A DNA stretch of 35,876 nucleotides from a virus (Duplodnaviria > Caudoviricetes), in the IMG/VR virus record IMGVR_UViG_3300038379_000915, positions 1 through 35,876 of that record; one strand, written 5' to 3'. A program made the position numbers and the translations under genes. Positions 26,347 through 34,427 of this stretch are shown piece by piece. Positions within the stretch are counted from its first letter, which is position 1, and each line of letters opens with the position of its first letter. The notes under the pieces were generated by a model. The model did no database searches. It saw only the letters and a list, made by a program, of their open reading frames with translations, and was not told the origin of the DNA.

Positions 26347-26567
26347 CGCGCGTCAGCGGAGGCCTGCGCCTCGCGCGCCTCGATGCGCTCGGCCTCCTCG
26401 ATGTCGAGCACGCCGCCGCCGCCGCAGTCCCAGCAGCGACAGTAGGCGACGCGGCCGTCGCCGGCGCAGGTCGGGCACCACGCGAGATCGCAGCCGCAGG
26501 CGCCCGTGTCGCCGCAGTGGTGGCACTCGATCGCGGCTGGAAGCTCCGACGAGAGCGCGTCTCTCAT
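26307..26567 (-). CDS. First gene of the leftward operon; DnaJ-type CxxCxGxG zinc-finger protein
   Basis: CHHCGDTG, CPTCAGDG and CWDCGGGG repeats. Confidence 0.7.
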   Translation of the reverse strand: MRDALSSELPAAIECHHCGDTGACGCDLAWCPTCAGDGRVAYCRCWDCGGGGVLDIEEAERIEAREAQASADARWRPGYGEPEVWR

Positions 26568-26627
26568 GAACGTGAGAGTTACTCACGCCATGAGTGTCTG
26601 TCAACTAGATTGGTGAGACTTTCTCAC
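26551..26627 (-). promoter_or_regulatory. PL-like promoter (TTGACA at 26599-26604) with operators GTGAG-N5-CTCAC
   Basis: Operators at 26551-26565 (GAGAG/CTCTC), 26572-26586 and 26613-26627; weak copy at 26590-26604. Confidence 0.8.
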
Positions 26628-26674
26628 GAATAGAGCGGCGGCGGGAAGTTCCGGGTCGCCGGCGACGAACGACT

Positions 26675-27031
26675 TCACCAACTCGCGCAGCGCCTGGTAC
26701 TCGTCGGGCCTTCTGGCCTTGAGCTCCAAGAGCAGGCGCAGGACGTCACGCTCCCCCACACTTCCGACGCTACACGAACGGCACACCGATGTCGATTGAG
26801 AAGATCGAGGTCTTCCTCGGTGACCGCGGCGGGCTGGCTGGGGAGCGGAATGCCCGTGTACTCGGAGATCGGTAGGACCCAGGTCGAGGTCTTGTACTCG
26901 TCGGGGCGGTTCACCAGCTGCGAGATGTTCGAGGGGTCGCAGCCGATCGCCTTGGCGAGCTCGGTCTGGCGGCCGCGCTTCTGAAAGAGCCACATCCGGA
27001 GCGCCTCGCGGAACTCGTCGGTCACCACCAT
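26675..27031 (-). CDS. CI-like XRE HTH repressor (3' part appears frameshifted)
   Basis: QTELAKAIGCDPSNISQLVN HTH; divergent from the Cro-like gene; flanked by operators. Confidence 0.75.
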   Translation of the reverse strand: MVVTDEFREALRMWLFQKRGRQTELAKAIGCDPSNISQLVNRPDEYKTSTWVLPISEYTGIPLPSQPAAVTEEDLDLLNRHRCAVRVASEVWGSVTSCACSWSSRPEGPTSTRRCASW

Positions 27032-27065
27032 CAGTTGGGCCGCTACCGGAGCGCCGGCTCATAGA

Positions 27066-27138
27066 TTGAGCAATACTCTCAAACATCTAGAGAGTCCCTC
27101 ACAAAGTGCTTGACGTAATCGTGAGGAACTCTCACGAT
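27066..27138 (+). promoter_or_regulatory. PR-like promoter (TTGACG-17-CACGAT) with three operators
   Basis: Operators at 27066-27080, 27088-27102 and 27121-27135 (extended palindrome AATCGTGAG-N5-CTCACGATT); -35 at 27110-27115, -10 at 27133-27138. Confidence 0.8.
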
Positions 27139-27144
27139 TGCGGC

Positions 27145-27462
27145 ATGTCTGAAATGAGCCTGGGCGCGCGGCTGCGGGCCGTTCGCGAGGACCGGAAGAT
27201 CAGCCGCGCCGACGTCGCCAAGGCGCTCGCCTGCCACCCGACCAACATCGCGCACATCGAGAGCGATCGGCACCGCCCGAGCGTCGAGCAGCTGCAGGTG
27301 ATGGCGCGCCTCTTCGGCTGCACCATCGACGCGCTCGTCCAGGGGCCGCTGCCCATCGCGCTCGACGAGCCGCCACCGGCGGAGCAGGCCGAGGCGGCCG
27401 CACCGCCTGCGGACGCCAAGTCCGACTGGAAGTGGCGGAAGCTGGTCGGCGAGGGCGCGTAG
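27145..27462 (+). CDS. Cro-like XRE HTH regulator
   Basis: LGARLRAVREDRKISRADVAKAL...IAHIE....PS...L..MARLF. Confidence 0.85.
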   Translation: MSEMSLGARLRAVREDRKISRADVAKALACHPTNIAHIESDRHRPSVEQLQVMARLFGCTIDALVQGPLPIALDEPPPAEQAEAAAPPADAKSDWKWRKLVGEGA

Positions 27463-27470
27463 TGGGCGCG

Positions 27471-27644
27471 CTACTGCCGCTGCCTGGCCAAGAGCGCAGC
27501 CTCCTGTGCGATCTGCTTCGCCAGCCCCTCGAACGCGCGAGCGAAGCGCTCGTTGCGGTCGGCGTCGCAGCGTTCCCAGTGAGGGACGTGAGGCCAGCGC
27601 TCGACGCAGTCGATGGACACCACCAGCGTCGCGCCGTAGTACAT
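27471..27644 (-). CDS. Small antisense-oriented hypothetical protein (57 aa)
   Basis: MYYGATLVVSIDCVERW...QEAALLARQRQ*; GC3-rich codons on the minus strand. Confidence 0.4.
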   Translation of the reverse strand: MYYGATLVVSIDCVERWPHVPHWERCDADRNERFARAFEGLAKQIAQEAALLARQRQ

Positions 27645-27822
27645 GACGCGGGCCGAGTGCCGACGGCGAATCCGCCGGATGATCGGCTGGTTCGTGAGGG
27701 AGCTGCGCTCCGCTGGGCTCACCTGCCGGGCGATCGCGGAGCGGTACGGCATCACGCGCAGCGGCGTGAACAACATCGTGCGCGGCGTGAACTGGAAGCA
27801 CGCCGGGCCATTCGCGAGGTGA
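27643..27822 (+). CDS. Small stand-alone HTH protein (59 aa)
   Basis: Read by hand: VRELRSAGLTCRAIAERYGITRSGVNNIVRGVNWKH, similar to the HNH C-terminal HTH. Confidence 0.65.
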   Translation: MTRAECRRRIRRMIGWFVRELRSAGLTCRAIAERYGITRSGVNNIVRGVNWKHAGPFAR

Positions 27823-27827
27823 CCAAG

Positions 27828-28082
27828 ATGGCGAGTCGAGCCACCTACGTCCTGCTGTGCGACGACTGCGGCGAGAACTACACGCCCGTCGTCGCCTTCC
27901 CCAGCGACGAGCGCCTGGCGCACGAGGCCTGCGTCGCGCGCACGCTCACCGACGTGCGGCTCGAGGCCGAGCGCCAGGGCTGGAAGCACGTCTGGCACAC
28001 GCCGGAGGGCAGGGGGCTCGGCTGGAGCACCGATCGCTGCCCCGAATGCGTGCGCGTGACCGCCGGCGAGGCGGTGCACTGA
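27828..28082 (+). CDS. Zn-ribbon hypothetical protein
   Basis: CDDC...GW...DRCPEC. Confidence 0.65.
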   Translation: MASRATYVLLCDDCGENYTPVVAFPSDERLAHEACVARTLTDVRLEAERQGWKHVWHTPEGRGLGWSTDRCPECVRVTAGEAVH

Positions 28083-28405
28083 TGCGCGAGCTCGCCGCCG
28101 TGCTGTGCTGGGCCGGCATCGCCGCCGGGCACACGCGCTACCTGATGCAGACCATCGGCCTGCGCGACGAGGACCTCGCGCGCGCGATGGCGGAGGGCGA
28201 CCTGCAACGCGCGCTTGCCGCCGAGCGCGCGCCCCTGAAGAACACCCTGGTCGCGCGGCAGCGCGCGATCCCGACGCTCATCCGCGAGGCCGAGGCCCGC
28301 GGCGACCTCGAGGGGGCGCGCGAGCTCTACCTCGAGGCCTGGGACATCGCTCGCGAGCTGCAGCCGGGCGCGGGCGTAGCCAGGCGCCAGGGAGGAGACC
28401 TGTGA
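28082..28405 (+). CDS. Hypothetical helical protein
   Basis: TGATG coupling; GC3-rich codons. Confidence 0.6.
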   Translation: MRELAAVLCWAGIAAGHTRYLMQTIGLRDEDLARAMAEGDLQRALAAERAPLKNTLVARQRAIPTLIREAEARGDLEGARELYLEAWDIARELQPGAGVARRQGGDL

Positions 28406-28833
28406 CGACGTTTGCAGCCATCCCGACGATGTACCGCGGCGTGCGGTTCCGCTCGCGGCTCGAGGCGCGCTGGGCGGCGTTCTTCGACGTCGCCGGCTGG
28501 AGCTGGGTTTACGAGCCCGTGGAGCTACCAGGCTACATCCCGGACTTCCTGGTTGTCGGTCCTGGTGGTGCACGGGCGGCCGAGATTCTCGTCGAGGTCA
28601 AGCCAGCCGCGTGCCCCGAGGAGACGCAGCCGGCGTGCTCGAAGGTCGTCGCGTCGGGATGGGGCGGTCACGCGTGCGTCGTCGGTCGCGACCCGAGCAT
28701 CGGCTCGACGAGGGTGGCTCCAGGGCCAGCATGGCTCTCCGTTCCGTTCTTCGCGTGGCTGCTGCCAGACAGCTGGCAGCGGCGCTGGGCCGAGGCTGGA
28801 AACCTCACGCAGTACAAGCCGGGGTCGCCCTGA
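28402..28833 (+). CDS. PD-(D/E)XK nuclease-family phage protein
   Basis: Y.GVRFRSRLEARWA.FFD...YEP...YIPDF...VEVK. Confidence 0.85.
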   Translation: MTTFAAIPTMYRGVRFRSRLEARWAAFFDVAGWSWVYEPVELPGYIPDFLVVGPGGARAAEILVEVKPAACPEETQPACSKVVASGWGGHACVVGRDPSIGSTRVAPGPAWLSVPFFAWLLPDSWQRRWAEAGNLTQYKPGSP

Positions 28834-28835
28834 GC

Positions 28836-29822
28836 ATGGACTGGAGCGACGAGCGATACGTCCGCGCCTACACGCGTGACACCACCGACTACCTGATGTG
28901 GTCGTGGGAGGCGCAGGCCCTCTGGTGGCTGCTGCTGCGGAAGTTCAACCGCGCCGGCGTGCTCGAACTCGGCCGGCATGGCCTCCGCGGCATCTGCGCC
29001 CACATCAAGATGCCCTGGGAAGTGGCCGGGCGCGCGCTCGAGGAGCTGCTCGCTGATGGGTGCGTCGAGCTGCGCCAGGGCGTCAAGGACGGCACCAGCT
29101 ACCTCTTCGTGCCCAACTACCGCGACGCCAACGAGACGGTCCAGAGCGACAAGGCACGCCAGCAGGCCCTCCGCGAGCGCCGGAAGGACTTCGACAGGCT
29201 AGCCGAGCTGGAAGGTGGCGCAGCTCACACTGGCGTCACGAAACGTGACGGCGAGTCACGAAGCGTGACCGAACGTCACGCGGATTCGGAGGCGCGTCAC
29301 GCGGCGTCACACGCTGTCACTCCTTCCGTGCCTTCCGTGCCTTCCGTGCCTTCCGTGCCTTCTGTGCCTTCCGTGCCTGATCAAGATCCCCGACCAGGGT
29401 CGGGGGTGCTCGAGCTGCCGATCCCGAAGCAGGAGCGCAGGGCCTTCGACCTGGAAGCGGCCTACCGGCTCTACCCGCGCAAGGAGGGCAAGAAGCGCGG
29501 GCTCGAGAAGCTCGCGAAGGCGGTCAAGACGCCGGGCGACTACGCGTCCCTCATGGCGGCCGTGAAGGCGTACGCCGAGCATCGCCGAGGTCAGGACCCG
29601 CAGTTCACGAAGCACTTCGACACGTGGGCCGGCGAATGGGAGGACTGGATTCCCGACGCCACTGGCAAGCCGCAGAACGGCGCAGCGGCGGGGCCGACGA
29701 CGGTGCGCGCGGCCGTCGTCCCGATGCCACGCGGGCGAGGTCTGTCCGACTTCGAGGACCGGCAGCTGACCCGCGACGCCATCGCAGCCGGGCTCATCGA
29801 CGAGCAGGGGAACCGCCGGTGA
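28836..29822 (+). CDS. Phage replication initiator (O-like)
   Basis: N-terminal wHTH-like region, low-complexity linker carrying DNA repeats, C-terminal F...Y..YPRK.GK...Y...F.KH..TW domain; upstream of DnaB. Confidence 0.8.
   Translation: MDWSDERYVRAYTRDTTDYLMWSWEAQALWWLLLRKFNRAGVLELGRHGLRGICAHIKMPWEVAGRALEELLADGCVELRQGVKDGTSYLFVPNYRDANETVQSDKARQQALRERRKDFDRLAELEGGAAHTGVTKRDGESRSVTERHADSEARHAASHAVTPSVPSVPSVPSVPSVPSVPDQDPRPGSGVLELPIPKQERRAFDLEAAYRLYPRKEGKKRGLEKLAKAVKTPGDYASLMAAVKAYAEHRRGQDPQFTKHFDTWAGEWEDWIPDATGKPQNGAAAGPTTVRAAVVPMPRGRGLSDFEDRQLTRDAIAAGLIDEQGNRR
29234..29320. repeat. GTCAC/GTGAC iteron array; probable replication origin
   Basis: Eight GTCAC/GTGAC motifs at roughly 10-bp phasing, including CGTCACG-AAA-CGTGACG. 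Confidence 0.7.
29322..29378 (+). repeat. 9-bp tandem repeat CCTTCCGTG x6 (encodes PSV repeats)
   Basis: Six copies, one with a C>T change. Confidence 0.95.
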
Positions 29823-30502
29823 GCGGCCGGAAGCGCAGCATGCGCGGGCGCGACGTGCCATCCCCGGCGCGCACGCGCGCGCACCTGGACGCGGCCATCC
29901 AGGACCGCAAGCGCAAGGAGTTCGGCGAGCGCGTGGTCGGCACGAACGGCACGTGGCCGTCGTCTGCGGCCGCGCCGTCGCGCCCGGCGATCTGCTACCT
30001 GTACGAGGACCTCGCCGAGCTCGACGCGGCCACGCCGCCCGCGCCGGTCTTCGGCCAGTACCCCGCGGCGCTGATCGGCAAGCTGCTCCCCTGGCTGCGC
30101 TGCGAGCGGCGCGAGATCCTCCACGTCTGCTCGGGCTCGCTGCCAAAGGGCGAGGGGATCCGCGTCGACATCCGCCCGGCGGCTCGGCCCGACATCCTCG
30201 CCGACGGGCGCGCGCTGCCGCTCGCCGACGGTTCGGTCGCGGCAGTCATGCTCGACCCGCCCTACACCGAGCATTACGCCAAGGAGCTCTACAGCGTCGA
30301 GTACCCGCGCCCGAAGCACCTGCTCGCCGAGGCGGCGCGCGTCGCGCGCCCTGGCGGGATGATCGCGTTCGTCCACTACATCACGCCGAACCCGCCGCCC
30401 GGCTGCCGGTTCGTGAAGGCGTTCGGGCTCTCGACCGGGTTCGGGTTCCCCATGCGCGCGGTGACGCTCTACCAGCGCGCACAGAAAGGGCTGGCACTGT
30501 GA
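29819..30502 (+). CDS. Orphan N6-adenine/N4-cytosine DNA methyltransferase
   Basis: LHVCSGS SAM-binding motif, DIRP, and catalytic DPPY. Confidence 0.75.
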   Translation: MSGRKRSMRGRDVPSPARTRAHLDAAIQDRKRKEFGERVVGTNGTWPSSAAAPSRPAICYLYEDLAELDAATPPAPVFGQYPAALIGKLLPWLRCERREILHVCSGSLPKGEGIRVDIRPAARPDILADGRALPLADGSVAAVMLDPPYTEHYAKELYSVEYPRPKHLLAEAARVARPGGMIAFVHYITPNPPPGCRFVKAFGLSTGFGFPMRAVTLYQRAQKGLAL

Positions 30503-31905
30503 GCCGCGAGCGCGAAGACAACCGCGACCACCGCGCGCTGCTCGCGACGTCGCACAACGTCGACGCCGAGGCCTCCGTGCTCGGCGCGGTCATGCTGCGG
30601 TCCGACGTCCTCGACGACCTCGCGCTCACCGAGTGGGATTTCTTCCACCTGCCGCACCATGCGCTCTTCGCGGCGATGCGCACCCTACGCGCGCGGAAGC
30701 AGCCGGTCGACGCGATCACGGTCTCGGACGAGCTGCAGCGCACCGGCCATCTCGCGGCCGTCGGCGGCCTCAGCGCGCTCTCCGAGATGGTCCGCAGGAC
30801 GCCGACCGCCGACAACGTCGAGCACTACGCGCGGATCGTCGCCGACCACGCGCTCCGCCGGCGCGTTGCGATCGCGGTCGCCGAGGTCGAGGCCGCCGCG
30901 GCGAAGGACGACCAGCCCGGCGAGCAGCTCCTCGGCGCGCTGCTCACCACCCTCGGCGCCGTCGAGCTGCCGCGGCGCGACGAGTCGCTCACCATGCGTG
31001 AGGCCGCGAAGAAGTGCTTCCTCGAGCTCGGCCAGGCCATCGACGCCAAGCGCCGCGGCGAGATCGTCTCGCTGAAGCTGCGCACCGGCATCGGCTCCCT
31101 CGACGCGCTCCTCCGCGGCGGTCTGCCGGTCGGCAACGTGACGATCCTGGCCGGCCGCCCGAGCCAGGGGAAGAGCGCGCTCGCCCGCTCGATCGCCGAC
31201 CAGGTGAACGCCGCCGGCGACGGCGTCCACGTGTTCTCGACCGAGGACACGACCAAGGCGTACGTGATGCGCGCGCTCGCCGACCACGGCGACGTCGACC
31301 TCGCGAAGCTCTGGGACCTCGACGTGAACGAGCTCGAGTGGCGCCGCGTCTCGGTCGCCGCCGACACGCTCTTCCAGCGCGACCGGTGGGTCATCGACGA
31401 GGCGCGCGGCCTCACCATCGCCGAGCTGCAGCTGCGCGTGCGCCGCAAGCGCCGCGCGAACCGCACCAAGCTCGTCGTGATCGACTACGCGCAGATCATC
31501 CGCGCGCCCGGCGAGCGCCAGCACGAGCGGATCGCGGCGGTCTCGCAGGGCGCGGCGGACCTGGCGCGCGAGGAGGGCTGCGCGGTGCTGCTGCTGTCGC
31601 AGCTCAACCGCGAGAACGAGAAGCGCGAGGGCAACCGGCCGACGCTCGCCGACCTGCGCGGCGCCGGCGAGCTCGAGCAGGACGCCGACGTCGTGCTCAT
31701 GGTGCACCGGCCCGAGTACTACCTGCGCAAGCAGGACCTCGACGACCCCAAGGTCGCCAAGCAGCTCGAGCTGTGGGCCGGCCTCGGCCTGGTGATCTGC
31801 GAGAAGAACAAGAACGGGCCGACGGGCCAGGTGTCGCTCGGCTGGGACGCCAAGAGCGCCACGTACCGCGACCGCGGCCGCAAGCCGCAGGAGAACGCCG
31901 CGTGA
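30499..31905 (+). CDS. dnaB: Replicative DNA helicase DnaB
   Basis: AEASVLGA N-domain, Walker A GRPSQGKS, VIDYAQ, LLSQLNR, LADLR.AG.LEQDAD, KNKNGPTG. Confidence 0.95.
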   Translation: MSREREDNRDHRALLATSHNVDAEASVLGAVMLRSDVLDDLALTEWDFFHLPHHALFAAMRTLRARKQPVDAITVSDELQRTGHLAAVGGLSALSEMVRRTPTADNVEHYARIVADHALRRRVAIAVAEVEAAAAKDDQPGEQLLGALLTTLGAVELPRRDESLTMREAAKKCFLELGQAIDAKRRGEIVSLKLRTGIGSLDALLRGGLPVGNVTILAGRPSQGKSALARSIADQVNAAGDGVHVFSTEDTTKAYVMRALADHGDVDLAKLWDLDVNELEWRRVSVAADTLFQRDRWVIDEARGLTIAELQLRVRRKRRANRTKLVVIDYAQIIRAPGERQHERIAAVSQGAADLAREEGCAVLLLSQLNRENEKREGNRPTLADLRGAGELEQDADVVLMVHRPEYYLRKQDLDDPKVAKQLELWAGLGLVICEKNKNGPTGQVSLGWDAKSATYRDRGRKPQENAA

Positions 31906-32177
31906 GCTGCACGCCAGTCTCGGGCCCGGGCTGGAGCGGGTACATCTGCAGCCGCGGCCGCCAGCCAGCGCCGAGGTGCAGCGTGCCCGGTTGCGACCGC
32001 AAGGCGACGCACGCCTGCGACTACCCGGTCGAGCGCTGCGACCGCGCCGGGCGCCCGCTGTCCGGGACCTGCGACGCCGAGCTGTGCCAGGTGCACGCGC
32101 GCCCGCAGGAGCCCGGCGTCGACTACTGCCCGCCGCACGCCAAGGCGGCCGGGCCCAAGCAGGGGAGGTTGTTTTGA
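31902..32177 (+). CDS. Cys-rich Zn-binding phage protein
   Basis: C..PGC...A...CDYP...TCDA.LC..H....DYCPPH. Confidence 0.7.
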   Translation: MSCTPVSGPGWSGYICSRGRQPAPRCSVPGCDRKATHACDYPVERCDRAGRPLSGTCDAELCQVHARPQEPGVDYCPPHAKAAGPKQGRLF

Positions 32178-32824
32178 TCATCATGGGAATCGACCCGGGC
32201 TTCGCGGCCTGCGGCTGGGCGCTCGTGCGCCTGCGCCCGACGGCCGAAGAGGTCCTCGGCCTCGGCGTCATCGAGACCGAGAAGAGCGACAAGAAGCGGC
32301 AGGTCCGAGCGAGCGACGACAACCTGCGCCGCGCGCGCGAGCTCACGAGCGAGCTGCAGGTCGTGCTCGAGCAGCGCGGCGGCGAGCGGGTGGCGGTGCT
32401 CGCCGCGGAGGCGCAGAGCTGGCCGCGCAACGCCGGCGCCGTGGCCAAGGTGGGCATCGCGTGGGGCGTGGTCGCGGCACTCGCGACCATCCACAGCGTC
32501 TCGGTCGTGCAGGCCTCGCCGCAGGAGGTCAAGAAGGCCATCTGCGGGCGCAAGGACGCCAGCAAGGAGGCGATCGCGGAGGCGATGCTCTCGTGGGCGG
32601 CGCCGCGGGGTGCCGCAGACGCGATCCGCGCGATGCGCGCCGAGGTCGCCGGCGCCAAGCACGAGCACGCATGGGACGCGCTCGCCGCGGTGGTGACGTG
32701 TCTCGACAGCGAGCTCGTGCGCATGGGGCGCGCGCTGCAGGGGAACCCGCTCGGCGGCGGCGCGGCCGCCGGGCTCGTGGCCAACGGGCCACTCATGCAC
32801 GGGCCGCGTCCGGCGGCCCGGTAG
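32174..32824 (+). CDS. ruvC: RuvC-like Holliday junction resolvase
   Basis: IMGIDPG...G, E in AAE, P.EVKK..CG...ASKE, H..DALA. Confidence 0.9.
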   Translation: MIIMGIDPGFAACGWALVRLRPTAEEVLGLGVIETEKSDKKRQVRASDDNLRRARELTSELQVVLEQRGGERVAVLAAEAQSWPRNAGAVAKVGIAWGVVAALATIHSVSVVQASPQEVKKAICGRKDASKEAIAEAMLSWAAPRGAADAIRAMRAEVAGAKHEHAWDALAAVVTCLDSELVRMGRALQGNPLGGGAAAGLVANGPLMHGPRPAAR

Positions 32825-32834
32825 GAGAACGACG

Positions 32835-33134
32835 ATGGCGAAGAAGAGCAAGACCACACCACCGGATCAGAACGGCGCCGACGGCGTCGAGCACGACGGC
32901 GCGGGCCCGGTCTACCTCGAGAAGCTCTCGGCCGACGAGAAGGCGGCCGCCGGTCTGGCGCTCGCCGAGGCAGAGCTCGAGCTGGAGCAGCTCGAGGCCG
33001 ACTGGAAGAAGCGCTCGTCCGAGCACCGCGGCGAGAAGAAGCAGCTCAAGGCGCGCATCAAGGCGCTCGGCGAGCAGGTGCGCAGCGGTGTGCGGAAGAA
33101 GCCGGCGCAGCAGGCGCTGCCGGGTGCTCAGTGA
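32835..33134 (+). CDS. Coiled-coil hypothetical protein
   Basis: SD AGGAG; 99 aa. Confidence 0.7.
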   Translation: MAKKSKTTPPDQNGADGVEHDGAGPVYLEKLSADEKAAAGLALAEAELELEQLEADWKKRSSEHRGEKKQLKARIKALGEQVRSGVRKKPAQQALPGAQ

Positions 33135-33358
33135 GCGTCGCCGGCTTCTACTTCGGCGGGCAGACCAACACCCAGGCGTCGTGCCGGTGCTGCTCGTCGC
33201 CCAAGGCGCGGGACGCCTCGCCGACGTGTGAGGCGTGCGCGAGCTGCCGCTACGCCGGCATCTGGCACCGGGGCGACGGGTGCCCGGTGCGCGGGCGCGC
33301 GAAGCGCACGGCGGCGCGCGCGAACGCCACCCGCGCCGCGCGGCGGAAGGGCGCCTGA
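33131..33358 (+). CDS. Small Cys-rich basic protein
   Basis: CRCC...CEACASC...H...C; GTGA overlap. Confidence 0.5.
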   Translation: MSVAGFYFGGQTNTQASCRCCSSPKARDASPTCEACASCRYAGIWHRGDGCPVRGRAKRTAARANATRAARRKGA

Positions 33359-33360
33359 CC

Positions 33361-33663
33361 ATGCGCTGGCTGGCAGCGCTCATGGTCCTGGCGCTCGGGA
33401 CCGCGTGCGAGCCGACCGGGCTCGCCGCCGGCGAGGCCTGCGCCGCGGGCGCCGACTGCGCGTCGGGCATCTGCGTGGGCTTCGGCTGCGACGGCCTCGG
33501 GACCTGCGTCGACCCGGCCGCGACCGAGGACTGCGGGCCGGAGGCCGACACGCCGGGTCACGTCCCGGCCTGCACCTGCGAGGGCGAGACGCTCGAGCGC
33601 GTGCGGCCGCTGTGCCCGAGCGAGCCGATCGCGCACTACGGCCGCTGCGAGGTGGGCTGGTGA
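33361..33663 (+). CDS. Cys-rich lipoprotein (myxobacterial type, Kazal-like C-terminus)
   Basis: MRWLAALMVLALGTAC lipobox; GEAC...DCASG.C repeat; CTCEG.T...C...H.G.C. Confidence 0.7.
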   Translation: MRWLAALMVLALGTACEPTGLAAGEACAAGADCASGICVGFGCDGLGTCVDPAATEDCGPEADTPGHVPACTCEGETLERVRPLCPSEPIAHYGRCEVGW

Positions 33664-34424
33664 GCCGGGCGGGTGGCCTGAACGGCGAGGCGGTGCAGCT
33701 CGTGCGCGGGCTGCTCGCCCAGAAGCAGCGGCTCGAGCGCGAGCTCGCCGCCGTCAACGAGGCCTTCGGCCGGCTGCGCGCGCTCGCCGGGCTCGACGTG
33801 CAGACGTGTGCACGCCGGGCGGGCGGCCGGCCGAAGCAGGCGCGTCCGCGCGCCGCCGCATGCGTGCCCGCGCCGGCGAAGCCCGTGAAGGCTGCCGCGC
33901 CGCCGGCGCCACCGGCGAGGAAGGCCGCGCCCCGGCCCGCGCGCGCGCCGCGCCCCACGCCGAGCGCGCCGGCGCCGGGCCCGAGCGCGGACGAGCTGCG
34001 CCGGGCGGCGATCCGCACCGCCGCCGAAGCCCGCCTCGCCGCCCGTGTGACCGCGCGGCCGTCGCAGCCCGAACCCGAACCCGAGGAGGACGACGTGAGC
34101 GCGATCGACGACCTGGAGGACGACTTCCATCCGGCCGCCGCGAAGCCCCCCGAGGTCGCGCGCGGCCCGCGCGGCGCGCACGCGATCCCGCCGGCGAAGC
34201 GCGTGTCGCGGCGCCGGGTCCCTCCGCCCGGGGCGCGCTCGGCCGCGCAGCCTGTGATGCCGCCCCGCGAGCTCGTGCGGTGCAGGCGGTGCAAGACCAC
34301 CGTGCTGCGCAAGGACGAGGAGCTGCGCGGGCACCTGGCGCGCGCGCACGGCGGCATCCCGGCAGCCCAGGACCCGGCGCCGCTCTTCGAGCCCGCCGCG
34401 GCGCCGGCGAAGGCGGCGGGGTAG
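33660..34424 (+). CDS. Pro/Ala-rich protein with N-terminal coiled coil and C-terminal C2H2-like zinc finger
   Basis: CRRC...LRGHLARAH. Confidence 0.6.
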   Translation: MSRAGGLNGEAVQLVRGLLAQKQRLERELAAVNEAFGRLRALAGLDVQTCARRAGGRPKQARPRAAACVPAPAKPVKAAAPPAPPARKAAPRPARAPRPTPSAPAPGPSADELRRAAIRTAAEARLAARVTARPSQPEPEPEEDDVSAIDDLEDDFHPAAAKPPEVARGPRGAHAIPPAKRVSRRRVPPPGARSAAQPVMPPRELVRCRRCKTTVLRKDEELRGHLARAHGGIPAAQDPAPLFEPAAAPAKAAG

Positions 34425-34427
34425 CCG

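Noticed and set aside
29322-29378. Possible CRISPR array
   Set aside because: A spacer-less 9-bp tandem repeat inside a CDS; no cas genes in the window.
28402-30502. Restriction-modification pair (PD-(D/E)XK nuclease plus MTase)
   Set aside because: The genes are separated by the initiator, and both belong to families common as independent phage replication-region genes.
32174-32824. TnpB/Cas12-like RuvC nuclease
   Set aside because: Size and motifs fit a plain Holliday junction resolvase; no Zn finger, transposon ends or guide RNA locus.
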